From NCBI GenBank assembly GCA_905178155.1, contig CAJINV010000005.1:8306515-8370514 (forward strand): DNA of 64,000 nt. Direction: 5' to 3'. Both the position numbers and the translations under genes were made by a program. Every line of letters begins with the position of its first letter. Within the stretch, counting starts at the first letter, position 1. Positions 1 through 11,500 of this stretch are shown here, piece by piece. Below the pieces are notes generated by a model, which was not told the DNA's origin, ran no database searches, and saw only the letters and a program-made list of their open reading frames with translations. Source of the DNA: Amoebophrya sp. A120. Lineage: Eukaryota > Protista > Dinoflagellata.

Positions 1-3000
1 CGGATATGCATTGCAAAAGTTGTATCGTACTAGGTAGTACAAATTGCATATTTCTCAGCGTGAAAAATAAAAATTGAATTTGTCATGCTGTTTTACCTTG
101 GAAATGCGATTTGTAATGCATCACTGCAATTGCTACGAGTGCGATACTTTTGCACAGGATAACGGAGCTGGCGAGCTGATTTTCGCCAAGATTGCGGAGT
201 TACTGGCGCTACTGGAACGGTCGTGCTGCGGCGAGATCGAGTTTTTTTGCGCGATATCAACTGTAGAAATGTCTGGGTCTGGAAGAATGCAACTTGTCAT
301 GCTGATTTTGAATTCTAAAAAAATCTGTATTGCATGGGCAGCAAAGAGAGTCCAAGTTTTGCTACACGGAAAGAGCATTTGTCATGCGGTATAGCATCAG
401 GAAGCCTCACAAAATCTGTGATGCTAGGGCATGCATCACAGACATCAGAAGTCCTGCAAAATGTGCATGACAAACGTGGAAATCTTCCAGACCCAGACAT
501 TTTTACATTTGAAACGCGAAGAAAATTGAGACGGTCATGGTGAAGGACGAGAGCGGCGAGTTTGCGAAGTGGAAAAAGGAAAAGCAGCAGAAGCTCGACG
601 CCGATGGGAGAACGGCTCTGCGCGGGGGAGCTGCTGCGAGCAGCACGACCGCTGGTGCCAGTACAACATCGGACGAACCTCCTTTCCCCTACCCCTGGCC
701 GGTGGCATCGTTCTGTTCGGTGAAAGAGGAGTACGTGCGCAAATTCAGCCTGGCGCGGGAGTTCAAGGACCCAGGTACTGGCACGATATGACAGTGCGCA
801 ACTCCCCCTCCCCCTCATTTGTCATGCAAAAACCCAAATCCAGTTGCTCGTTGTGGCGCCGCGTGCATGACAAATTCCGGAAAGCCCGATAGTACTACAC
901 TCGGAGCATGAACCTGTCATGCACAGGACGCACCTGTACTGGTGTTTGTAATGCTGTTGATGCCACGCAAATGATAATGAGGAGGAGGTGGGGGGGTTGT
1001 GTACTCTCATACACGAACGCGTTGGATGTGAAGCAGTACGAGGTATTTGGAATATCAAATGCAAATATGTCTACTGGGTCTGGAAGTTTGGGATTTGTGA
1101 TGCTAACTCTCGATCCTACAAAAAACTGTATTGCATTACCAGCAAAAGGCGCTCAGATTTTTGCCACGACCCGGATCGGGCATTTCTCATGCAGGATAGG
1201 CATGATGAAGCCTTCGCGAGGGCTGCGATGCTAGAGAATGCACCACAGGCATCGTGGGTCATGTACTATATGCATGACAAACACCCAACTTTTCCAGACC
1301 CAGACATATTTGCAATGCATATGGAGACAAAAGCAACAATAGCAAACCTCCTTCACCGACCGCGTCGCTGTTCACCATGACACAGCGAAAAATGTACAAG
1401 AACTGCGGGCCGATCCCCAATCCCGAGGCAAGGCGGTCGAACTTGGAGGACTTGGTCGGCGACCGGCTGCAGTTTAACACCGGCCAAGCAGTGGAGGATG
1501 AAAAGTGGATCGAGGCGATTCGGGCTGTGTTACCAGTCATTGAATCGGCGGTGCGGGTGTACGATGAGGACTACTTTCACAACTTGCACCATCAGAACGC
1601 GCACGACTACAACCTGCGGGCCTCGAACCCGGAAAGTTCGTCGTCCGAGTGCAAAGTGAACATGAACGAGAAACTTCCGGTCGCAGAATGGCAAGTGGGG
1701 AACAGCTATCAAATGTAAAAGTGTCTGGGTCTGGAAGAATGCAACTTGTGATGCTGCATTTGGATTCCAAAAGAATCTGTATTGCATGAGTACCAAAGGG
1801 AATGTAATTCTTGCTACGCGAAGAGGGCATTTGTCATGCGGAATAGGCATCAAGAAGCTCTCAAAAAATCTGTGATGCTAGGGCATGCATCACAGACATC
1901 AGGGCTCATGCAAAACGTGCATGACAAGTGTCAGAATCTCCCAGACCCAGACATTTTTGCAATGCATAACAGCAACAGCGGGACGCGCGAGTCGAATCAA
2001 GTGCTGATGAACCCAGATCTACCTGCCTCCAAGGATCCCACGGAACCGCAGAACGCCAACCTGCGCGGGTATTTGGAAAACGAAAACCACCCTCTGTACG
2101 ACGGGTCTTTCACCTCCCGTGCACTGCAACCGATCCCAAACTTTTTGATGAAAATTATCCTGAGTAAAAAGAAAAACGTCCCCACCCCATAGTCAAGTTG
2201 GTAAATCTGCAACACAAATCTCCAAGGTTTGGGAGTTGTGCATGACAAGTTTCCATCTGCAGCGTAGTGCGGTGAGCAAGGGAAGCCGCATGAGAATGCC
2301 ACTTTCTCACCCTGGGTACAGCATTACAGATTCCAAAAAACGATTAGAAATGCCTCTCATGGAGATGCGCATTACAAATGTGTCTGTAATCGCAACTCTG
2401 CATGACAGCCATGGAGTGGGGACGTTTTTACTCAGGATACAAATCGAACAGGAGCTGGACGTCGTCATTGCCGACCTGGCGGCAATCACCGGGCTCTTCG
2501 GATTAGCGGTATCAAATGCAAATATGTCTGGGTCTGGAAGAATGCAAGACCTGTCATGCAGATTTTACATCACCCATGACGCCTGTAATGCATAACCTAG
2601 CATCACAGGAGATTTGTTAGAGGGCTTCCTGATGCCTATTCCGCATCAGAAATGCCCTCTCCATGTAGCACAAACTGGGCTCCTCTTGCTGGTCATGCAA
2701 TAAGTACAGATTCTTTTAGAATGTAGAGACAGCATCACAAGTTGCAACCTTCCAGACCCAGACATATTTGCATTCGATAAGCGGCCAGCAGGAACGAGTT
2801 GCTGCACTTCATTCCCACGACGAGAAAAGTGCTGCAGCACCTTGACGAATTGACGACCAGAATTGCCACCATTTTCGAGTACGAGTATTTGGTGCTGAAG
2901 AAAGACGTTTTGGAGCAATATGTGGAACTGTTTCAATACGCAGCCTACGAACGGGTCCGACTGGGAGCGGAGAAGGACAAGAAGCGAAATGCGGACGGCA

Positions 3001-3125
3001 GCGTGGTCGGGTATAGCGGAGCGACCGCGACTACGGGTGGTGCTGGTGGCGCCACTGCTGCTGCGCCCGCGGCAGCGCCGGCCCGAAGCGGGTGGAGTTT
3101 TCCGAGACCGGGCGGGTTCCGATGA
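1..3125 (+). CDS. Gene 1 (5'-partial), unknown protein, 7 TIR introns
   Basis: Elements at 5-161, 255-514, 787-1011, 1053-1321, 1707-1968, 2156-2439, 2510-2779. Removing each with one 5-bp TSD gives one frame: GAGELIFAKIAELL..EFFCAKKIETVMVKDE..GTGTNALDVKQYEVFGDKSN..QVGNSNSGTRES..FLMKIEQELD..FGLAASRNELLHF..PGGFR*, stop at 3125. Confidence 0.88.
255..514. mobile_element. Introner family A (39 copies, about 250-290 bp), representative copy
   Basis: TIR TATCAAATGCAAAWATGTCTGGGTCTGGAA / TTCCAGACCCAGACATWTTTGCATTTGATA; TSD CGCGA. Other starts: 1053, 1707, 2510, 7067, 12011, 12394, 12718, 13638, 13930, 14334, 15606, 16126, 16938, 17239, 18306, 19016, 19553, 22400, 22969, 24145, 24730, 25974, 28249, 32038, 33851, 36329, 38926, 41160, 43676, 51080, 51595, 54675, 55016, 55348, 58324, 59058, 60133, 61268. 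At least two internal subtypes. Confidence 0.95.
787..1011. mobile_element. Introner family E (4 copies), representative copy
   Basis: TIR TATGANAGTGCRCAACTCNCCCTCCCCCTCATTTGT; TSD CACGA. Other starts: 26267, 44952, 58670 (degenerate). Confidence 0.9.
2156..2439. mobile_element. Introner family B (14 copies, about 280-300 bp), representative copy
   Basis: TIR TATCCTGAGTAAAAACGTCCCCACCCCA / TGGGGTGGGGACGTTTTTACTCAGGATA. Other starts: 7781, 17951, 19863, 23261, 23803, 25054, 25648, 31159, 32559, 42222, 44610, 45251 (half), 52752. Confidence 0.95.
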
Positions 3126-3214
3126 GAAGCTCTTTCTGATAGTACTTTTTACCGGTGGTTCTTGTGTCAGACTTCCTATAATATGATTTCAACGCTTTGT
3201 AGAAGGAAATCCAA

Positions 3215-4119
3215 CCTCCTGTGAAGGCCGTCGCCTGAGGAGATCTCCCGGTCGTAACGTGGGGAGAAGCAGGCCGCATGCTCATCAGGGCAAGCGGTTA
3301 GTGGATCTGGTTGAAAGAGTGGCCCCAGTGAATGAGGGCCGCCGCCTCTCATGATGCCACCTCGTAGACCATATATACGCGCTGGCCTTGTTGTTCTACG
3401 GAGAGCTAGCAGCAAGCAGCTCCTTGGCCCATGCGCTTGCGCTGCTGCGCAGGTTCGCAACAAAAAGGCACGCCGCCGCTGTGCTGTTTGTTGCCTGCCA
3501 CCCGGGTGCCGCGGCTGCGCCTCGCGCGTCCACGGGACGCGACGGGGCAGCAAGCCGCGTGGCACCACCGACGAGCGCAGCTGCGCTACCGTTAGGGGAG
3601 CGCAGCCACCCAGATGGCTGGCCACCCCACCCTCCCGGATGCCGCCCCTTATCCGAGCTCGGCCAAGCCCATACCGAGAATTATAGCGCCGACCGTTGAT
3701 AGTGCGCGGCCACCCGGTTGGTCGGTACTATGAAGAGCGCGCCACGACAGGCGAGCCCTGTGGCACCACTGAAACGGCCACACAGCAACACACTGGCGGC
3801 GCACAACCGCCCACGAGTTGAGCGCCCCCAGACATGCAAATGCTTGCTGTAGCTACGCAGTGCAATACCAAATCGGACGAAAATCAACGGCAGTCGTGGG
3901 GAGGTGTTGGTGTTCGCGAGGCACTACGTCCGACGCGCCTCCGAGCCGTGAGGGCACTCGGAAGGGTAGGAGAGAGGGACCGAAAGTGCACCTACTCCGG
4001 GTGCGGGAGATCCTGGCGAGACAGATCCCACATACAACGCACTGAGACCCATCCGTCCCCTTGTACGTGCGATGTTTGTGCACAGTGGTCGGCATCACCT
4101 GTGGCTTCGATAATAATAA
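3215..4119 (+). mobile_element. Non-LTR retroelement fragment or SINE with (TAA)n tail
   Basis: GC-rich block in AT-rich intergenic DNA, flanked by the exact 15-bp repeat TAGAAGGAAATCCAA (3200-3214 and 4120-4134) and ending in TAATAATAA. Confidence 0.8.
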
Positions 4120-5518
4120 TAGAAGGAAATCCAATTTTTATGTACTCTGCAGTTTAAGTTTAACACCTGATGACTTACATCAAATCTTATCAAACTAGTC
4201 CAAGAAGAAATTTTATACAAAATGCGTTATTTCAGCCCAGAAGAAGTTTTAGTTTCACCTGTTGATGTTGTGTTGCGCAATTTTTATCGGAAGAAAGAAA
4301 ATGGAAAATTGATGACCTTAGCAGAAGATGACATTGAAAAGGTCTCCGCGGCGTCCCGAGCTGCAAATGAAAAAAGTTTTTAGAAAGTTTGACTTACTTG
4401 TTCCTCTTGCATCGAATGTGAATTGAAACAAAGAAAAATACTGGTAATACCCAACAAAAAAGGATGAAAATGCACCCCTCTTGTACTTACTTACACCCCT
4501 TTGGTTTAAATTTCGACTTGCGCCAGGATTGATTCGCATGCCAGGTTCTTGATGATGTTATGTGTACAACAAAAATTATGTAAAGGCAATAGCTGTTGTG
4601 TTTATCACAGCCACTACAGGAGAAAATACAAGAAACGGCAAGAACTAAGCTATCTACCACTTCCACCAGCCTTCAATATTTTTTCTGTCACTTGCTGTTC
4701 GCCATCCGCAAGTAGTGAAGGTGGCCCGTAAAATGTTGATGAAAGCGATTTTCGATGACTATAATTGGGGTTTCTTGTGGATGCTCAGGGGGATGAGGTT
4801 GTAGTCATGGTGCAATCGTCTCTACTCTTCTTCACGCTCGAAGACTCATCTCTGTGGGGGTGCAGAGATTACTTATATCTATTCCAACAATTATATCGCG
4901 TTCGCGTAGGTGTACTTGCGTATCTTGTTCCGTTGTAGTTTTTCTCAGGGAAGAAAGATCAAGACATCGTCGTCGCAATAGTCGTCCTCGGTTGATGTAT
5001 ACTTATTCACGACGCAAGCAAGTAGTTTCTCTGCCGCGTTGATTGGTTTATTTATTTCTTGTTGCAGCTCGGGGTAGTCGTAGTCCTTGATAATATGGGG
5101 CGTGGTCGTCTTTGTGGTAGTGGTTGTGGTTCGTATCTGTGGTTCGTATCATCTGTGGGAAGTGGAATCCAAGCACACGGTTGATGACTTCCGTTGCAGG
5201 GGATCGGATTGACACTCATCGATTAGTGGCACGAACACTCAGGACAAGGACCACAACGAATCGATTTCGGTGGTTTCAAAGCAGGGATTCATTTGTAGTC
5301 GAAACCTTCTAGTTAGTTGCACGACCTGTTTAAGTACGTACTTATCATTCTGTCGCAATTTTTCATCTTTTTCTGCTCGCGAGTAGAGTCAGTCGCTTCG
5401 AAATGCTGAACTACACTATACGAGCTGTTTTTTAGAATGAAGGCTAGCTCCGTGGAGTATTCATTGTTGTAAACGTACTAAAGAGAATTGTTCTTCTGTT
5501 TGATTGAAAATAAACCGA

Positions 5519-8500
5519 ATGATCATGAGGCCTCACGTTCCGGCTTCGGTGAGGATGTCCCGGAGGTGGAAAAAAAGGTGTCCAAGAACAGTAGTTTCTG
5601 CACATAAAAAGGTAAAAAATCCACCGGCAGAAGTTGTTGTGCAGCGGCCACTACTGAAGAACAAGAAGCGACCTGAACAAGAATTTCTTCCTTTCTTCCC
5701 GCGACGTTCTTGGTTCCGGTCCTGTCTGCAAATTTTTGTCATTTCTGGGTCGACGTTCTTCCTGCTCTTCCTTGGTCTTTTCTCGTGCGAAAAAGACCAC
5801 GACGACCACGAGCAGCACCATAAGTCCTCCTCCTGCTCGTCCCAGCAACATTGGCAGCATGACGAGCGCCAAACTATCAAAAGCAAAAGGCTTCGCACAG
5901 CACAGCAGCAGGAGCTTTGTCATCTTCGTGACCTCGCGGGAGCAGTACCACAGCCCGCGAATTTTCAACATCTACTTCATCCTGGCGCTTCATTTAGTAC
6001 AATTTTCGTGGCGGCAGCGGCACTAGAAGGAACCACGTCAGGCCGCACCAGAGCAGATGCAGAAAGCAACTCTGTTGTGGAGGATGAAGATCATTCTGCA
6101 GGAATCAAACTGCAACAACTACACGACCGCACGACAGCACGAGGAGGGGCGCAGGCGCAGCATCAGCTTGAAGATGTAGATGGTGAAAACAACATTACGT
6201 CGGCACTTCAGATGAGAAGTAGAACGGTACTAGCGCAAGAAGGACCACAAGCAGAAGTAGACTTGGCAGAAGCCCTGGAGGTGGAACAAGCTGCAGGCAG
6301 TCCAACAGATGACCACGACCTGGTAAACTTTTCGCCCGAGGACGAGAATAGTGAGCCTCAAGATCATCTTCAAAGCGGTGCGGGAGGAGAGCAAGAGCAT
6401 GATGGAAGAAGTTCTTACCTAGATGATGGTGCTGGTGATGTTCTTGTACCACGGCTATTACCACAAGAACAAATCGACCTTGGTCGTGGTGGTGGTGGAG
6501 AAAAAAAGACTACTACTAAAAGCTCTACTTCTACTTCCCCCACCACAGGAGCTGCCGCTTCTCACATCATCAACTCTCGTCCACCCGGAAGTAGCAGTTC
6601 ATTTGTGGACGAGTTCTTCCTGGAGAGCGACGGCGGGTCCTGGACAACATCTTTAGTACCCGCAAGAACTAGTACACCAGCATCTTCTTCACCTAGCCCG
6701 GGCGAGGGCGGTGGTCCTCGGGATGAAGGATGTAGTGAAGAAGACGAAGCAGGTGAAACTGGAACCACAGGTGGAACAACTACAAGGTGTAGCGGAATTG
6801 TTACGCTGAAAGCTTCAACATCTTCTGTGGTGCCAGACGTACAACATCGTGCCTCCGGACAGCAGAAGCTGTCAACAAGAACTTTCGCTTCTTCTACTGC
6901 AGCACCTTCTACAACAAAAACTTCTCTCGCAAGGACTACAACTCCCGAGTCTTTTCTCCAAAAATTTTTCCGGCAGCGTCGAGAAAGCGAAAAGCAGAAA
7001 ACAAGTCGGAAAATTGGAAAGATGGCCAGGGAAGAAGTAGAGCATCAAGTGCAAGAACGCGACGGGTATCAAATGAAAAAATGTCTGGGTCTGGAAAGTT
7101 GCAACTTGTGTTGCTGCCTTTGGAAGGTAAAAAAAATCTGTATTGCATGACCAGCAAGAGGAGCTCAGTTTGTGCTACGCGGAGTGGGCGTGTCTCATGC
7201 GGAATACGCATCAGATTCAGAAGGCCCTTATAAAAATCTATGATGCAGCTTGGTCATGCATTACAGGCATCATGGGTTGTGCAGAATATGCATGACAAAC
7301 CTGGCAGTCTTCCAGACCCAGACATTTCTGCACTTGATAACGGGTCGTACAGTTCCAATGGCGACGAGGACGAGGATGAGGACGGGCACTTTTTGGGTAG
7401 AAAAGATCCGAAGAAGGTCGCCCTCGAGAAACGTCGGAAGGAGGCGAAGCGTCTCGCGCTGGAGGATTTTAAGAAGAAACCGAAGCGGCGCGTGTACGTG
7501 GCCAGCTACAACGTTCTGTCGCTGCTGCAACACCGCAGCTCGGGGGGTCCGGACCTGCGTTCCATGAAATACCAGCTGCCAGACAAAAACAAATTTTTTC
7601 AAAAGTTTCTTAACATAGCGGAAAAAGACTTGCGAGCTGCAAAGTCAACGGAGCGGCCTGCTGCGATGAAGAAACAGAAGGATTACCTCCGCCTGGAGTT
7701 GGCCTGGAAGGAATTTGTTAACGGCCAATTGTGGACGCGGTACCCACTTACCTACTCGCAGCTGAGGGCCGTCGAGGGGTTATCCTGAGTAAAAACGTCC
7801 CCACCCCATAGTCAAGATGGGGACTTTGCAACACAAATCTAGGAGTTTTGGGAGTCACGCATGACAAGTTGCAGTCCGTAGTGTAGTGCAGGGTAGCAAG
7901 TGCAGCCGCATCACAGATCCATCTGCGTATCCTGTTCACAGCATCACAAATTCCAAAACACGACTGGAAATGTCTACCATGGCTATGCGCATCACAAGTG
8001 TCGTTGTCATTGCAAATCCGCATGCACAACCGCAAACGCAAGCGCCACAACTTTTAGCTGCGCAAGAACAACAGCCGCCGGCCCAGATGATGGTAGGAAT
8101 ACGGATGGGGAGGCCACTTAACGCACTAGTAGCTCTACTGCATGAAGTGAACGAACAACTAGACCAAGGAGCAGAAGATGGCCGAGAACGAGAGATAGAC
8201 GATGAGGAGGAGGCGCGAGGCAACGCTGCAATCCTACCGAACCCCAAGTACTACATCAGGACTAAAGACATCAAGAGGACGATGCGAAGGGCGTGGAACA
8301 GCATCAGAAAATGTAAAGAAGAACGAGAACGCAAACGGATCCCGGAGGAGGCAGCGACGGGGAGAAGCTGCTGCAAGGGCGCCGATACGAAAAAGGCAGA
8401 CGAGGGTATAATGAACGGAAGTAGAGGTATGGTTTAAATAAAGACTGCTGTTCTATTTCATAGTAAGAAATTAAATTGTTGATCACATTCACTGTTAAGG

Positions 8501-11500
8501 GCAGGAGGATAGAAGAGGAGAAGCGAAAATATAAGGAAAAGGGAAAAGAGGCGCGAGATACGAACGGGTCTGCAAGCTCCATTCTATGTACTTAGCTGCC
8601 GCGACATAGAATGGTACCCGTCAGGCTCGGGGAGCTACTCTCTATGAAATTGATGCAGGGCACAGACTTCGAATTCACTTTCCATAAAACAAGGGCTGGA
8701 CGGGACAGGTACTGACGTCGAAGCGCTCTGCGCCTGAGACGTCACACATAGCAACAGAGATCAAACGGGCGCCCTGATTCGATAACTACGCCGATGTTGC
8801 TATCTGGGACCAACATGCAGTCGCATCGCACACCCGGGAGAAATATAGTCAGATCATCTAACAAGAAAAGGGAAAGACACGCAACTAGGAACGGCGCGCT
8901 TTTGTGCATCTACTTCTCATCGAGTCCAGCAGAATGAGCCAAGGACACTGCCACCAAATCGACAACGGCCGCCCCGGGGTGGTAAGTGTCGACCAGACCG
9001 ACGGCAACATATTCTGCTGGGTGTGGGGAGTAGATTTCCAAAAGAGGAGGGAAGTATGTCTGAATATGCATGAAAAGCATGGAGATAGTGACCCTGAGTT
9101 ACCTTCATTTTTTCCGAGGGAAAAGTTTTGCATGCGAAGGTAAAGCAGGCTCGCGCTGCAAATCAGTGGGAGGAATGGATAAGTTATAGATTCAGGAAAA
9201 TTCTTGGCTATTTGTATGATTTGCATCTCTATGTATGTAGCAACCTTCACGTGGTGAAGCGTCCGCCAAATTGTATGAAAATTGTATGAGAGATTCCTGT
9301 TGCTATAATTTCTGGCATCATTCTAGCGGCAAGAATTATACCAATCTAAACCTCCGCCGAAATGCAGAGAGACATACTCGAGGCAGGGCGTCTACCTCTT
9401 TGCGTGTAAGGGCACCCGGCCCCTTTTCCTTTTCCTCTTTTTTTTGCATGCGGGTAGCCGAATAGAGGCTGAGCCGCATGCAATCCAAATCCGATTTGCT
9501 TGCTGCTGCTATGTATGCTTTGTATGTTTCCTGCCGCCTTGTAGTCGTTATTAAGCACCTCGTCTTTGCCGCTCTTCGTTTGTTTTGTCCAAGGAGCTAG
9601 ATCGCAAATTCGTGCGCTCCATCGCCTATGAAAAATTAGATCTTCCCTGTGCCCGGTGTTGTCCCATGTAGATTTAGGTCTCTACCCTTTTACAGTCTTT
9701 TGTCGTCTCCTCGCGCTTAGTCTTACTTGATCCACGACTTGTAGCGCTAGTCGTTCCGCGGACCCCGCGTCCTCGCAGGGGCTTTTCTTTTTTTTTCCGC
9801 CTAGCCAGCGGGTTGTTGCTTGGGGGGGTGTCAGCTTTGCGTGGCAACTTTATATGCGTGCTTTATTCCGGTTTTGCATGACAAAGATTTATTGGCTTTA
9901 CTACAGCACCCTGCAGACTATCTGCTTTGACTGCGTAGAGGCAACCGGTGTAGTCTTCCTAGCGCACTAGTTTCGCCCGCTGCTACCGGGTCAGTAGTTA
10001 GAAGAATTCAGGTTGCGCGGTCTCTAAATGGTCCGTGGGGGTGGCTTAAGTTTTGACTGGGTGACTTGTTAGCTCTAGAAAAAGCTCGCTTTCGTATTTC
10101 TAAGAACAGAAATTTTGCATGACAGATTCAGGCTCAGCTAAGCCGGTGTAGATAGTATCCCCCCGCACTGCTATGCCCCCAAACACATCTTTCCGGACGC
10201 TGCAAGATGGAGAGATGTGGCGTGTGCCGCTGCTACCGGCTCGACACGTAAAGGAAAACGAATCCGCGCGCTCGGCTTGGTAGCTACCCCCATGCCGTTC
10301 GGGTTTTAGCTGCCACTGGCGTCATTGATCGGCGTCGCCAATATCTCCATCCCGATGATTTCCATCTCTACGTTTGTGTATGGTGCATAGGAGCTTGCTC
10401 CTTTTTGTGCCGCGGTGTCGGAGGTTTTGCAGCATGCACGCACAAACAGCATTTATGGAAGCGGAGGGGGGGGCGCGGGACCCCCATCAAGTCGTCGCGG
10501 CGCGAAGCCGCAAATCCTTGGGCCACGTCTACCACCAGAAGTATTCCGCCCGGGGGCCGCTCAATCAATAGGCGGGCGCGTCCTATGCGGTCGGGTTTGA
10601 AAGGTACAGTCCGTGCGCCCGCAACTGCCGCAAGGCATCGAATCCGGGGGGTCAATATAAATTTTTTGTAGTGTTTTTTGATGCAATGTAGTGACGATGA
10701 TTCCGTAGCCTGGTTAGCCCGTCCAAACAGGGCAAAGAGCGCAGCGGCTTCCTGCGCAGCGGCTTCCTGCGCAGCGGCTTCCTGCGCAGCGTCGGTTCGT
10801 GCACGTGTGTCGCTCTTCGTTCGTTGCCTTCAGGAGCTTGATCGTAAATTCGTACGCTCCTTCTGCTTTGAAAAATTTCGATCTTCCCATCTGCCCCCAT
10901 CTTCCGATGTAGATTTAGGTCTCTACCCTTTTACTTCTTCTCTCGTGTAGTGTTCGTTGTTGTTTTACCTGACCCGCCTGCTTAGCGCTAGCCCGCGTAG
11001 CCCGCATCCTCGCAGGGGCAGCTGTTTTTTTTTCCGCCTTGCCAGCGGAGTTTGTCGCGGGGAAGAATGCAGTCTGGGTTCAACCGTCCCTCCCTCCCGG
11101 GGTTCAACCGTCCCGCCCCTCCTCATGTAAATAGTGAAAAACTTCTCTTGCGTTTTTAGTCTAGTCCTTTTTCCGTAGATCGTTTTTTATGTTCGACCTT
11201 ATGGCATCGGCGGCTGTCGCATTATGCGCCTGGTGTAGCTGTTCAAAGTCCCTCGGCATAAGGGTCATAGTCTCGTATACAAGGCGCGCGGCAGCTAAAT
11301 GCGCGCTTGGTCGTTCTAGAAAATTAGTACCAACTGACCCATTATCGGCCTATAGTATTCGTGGACCACCCCTTTGAGGAAGCGGGTGCGTTCGGTTGAC
11401 CACTTTCATAGGTTGGTCATGGGGAATTTATTCCCCACCTGTCATGCATGTTGGGTCGCCGAAGTCTCTGTTTTGCATGGCGTGCTCGAGTACCGGGGTG

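Noticed and set aside
3228-3296. CTGAGGA plus stem, hammerhead-like
   Set aside because: The required GAAA and stem II geometry are absent.
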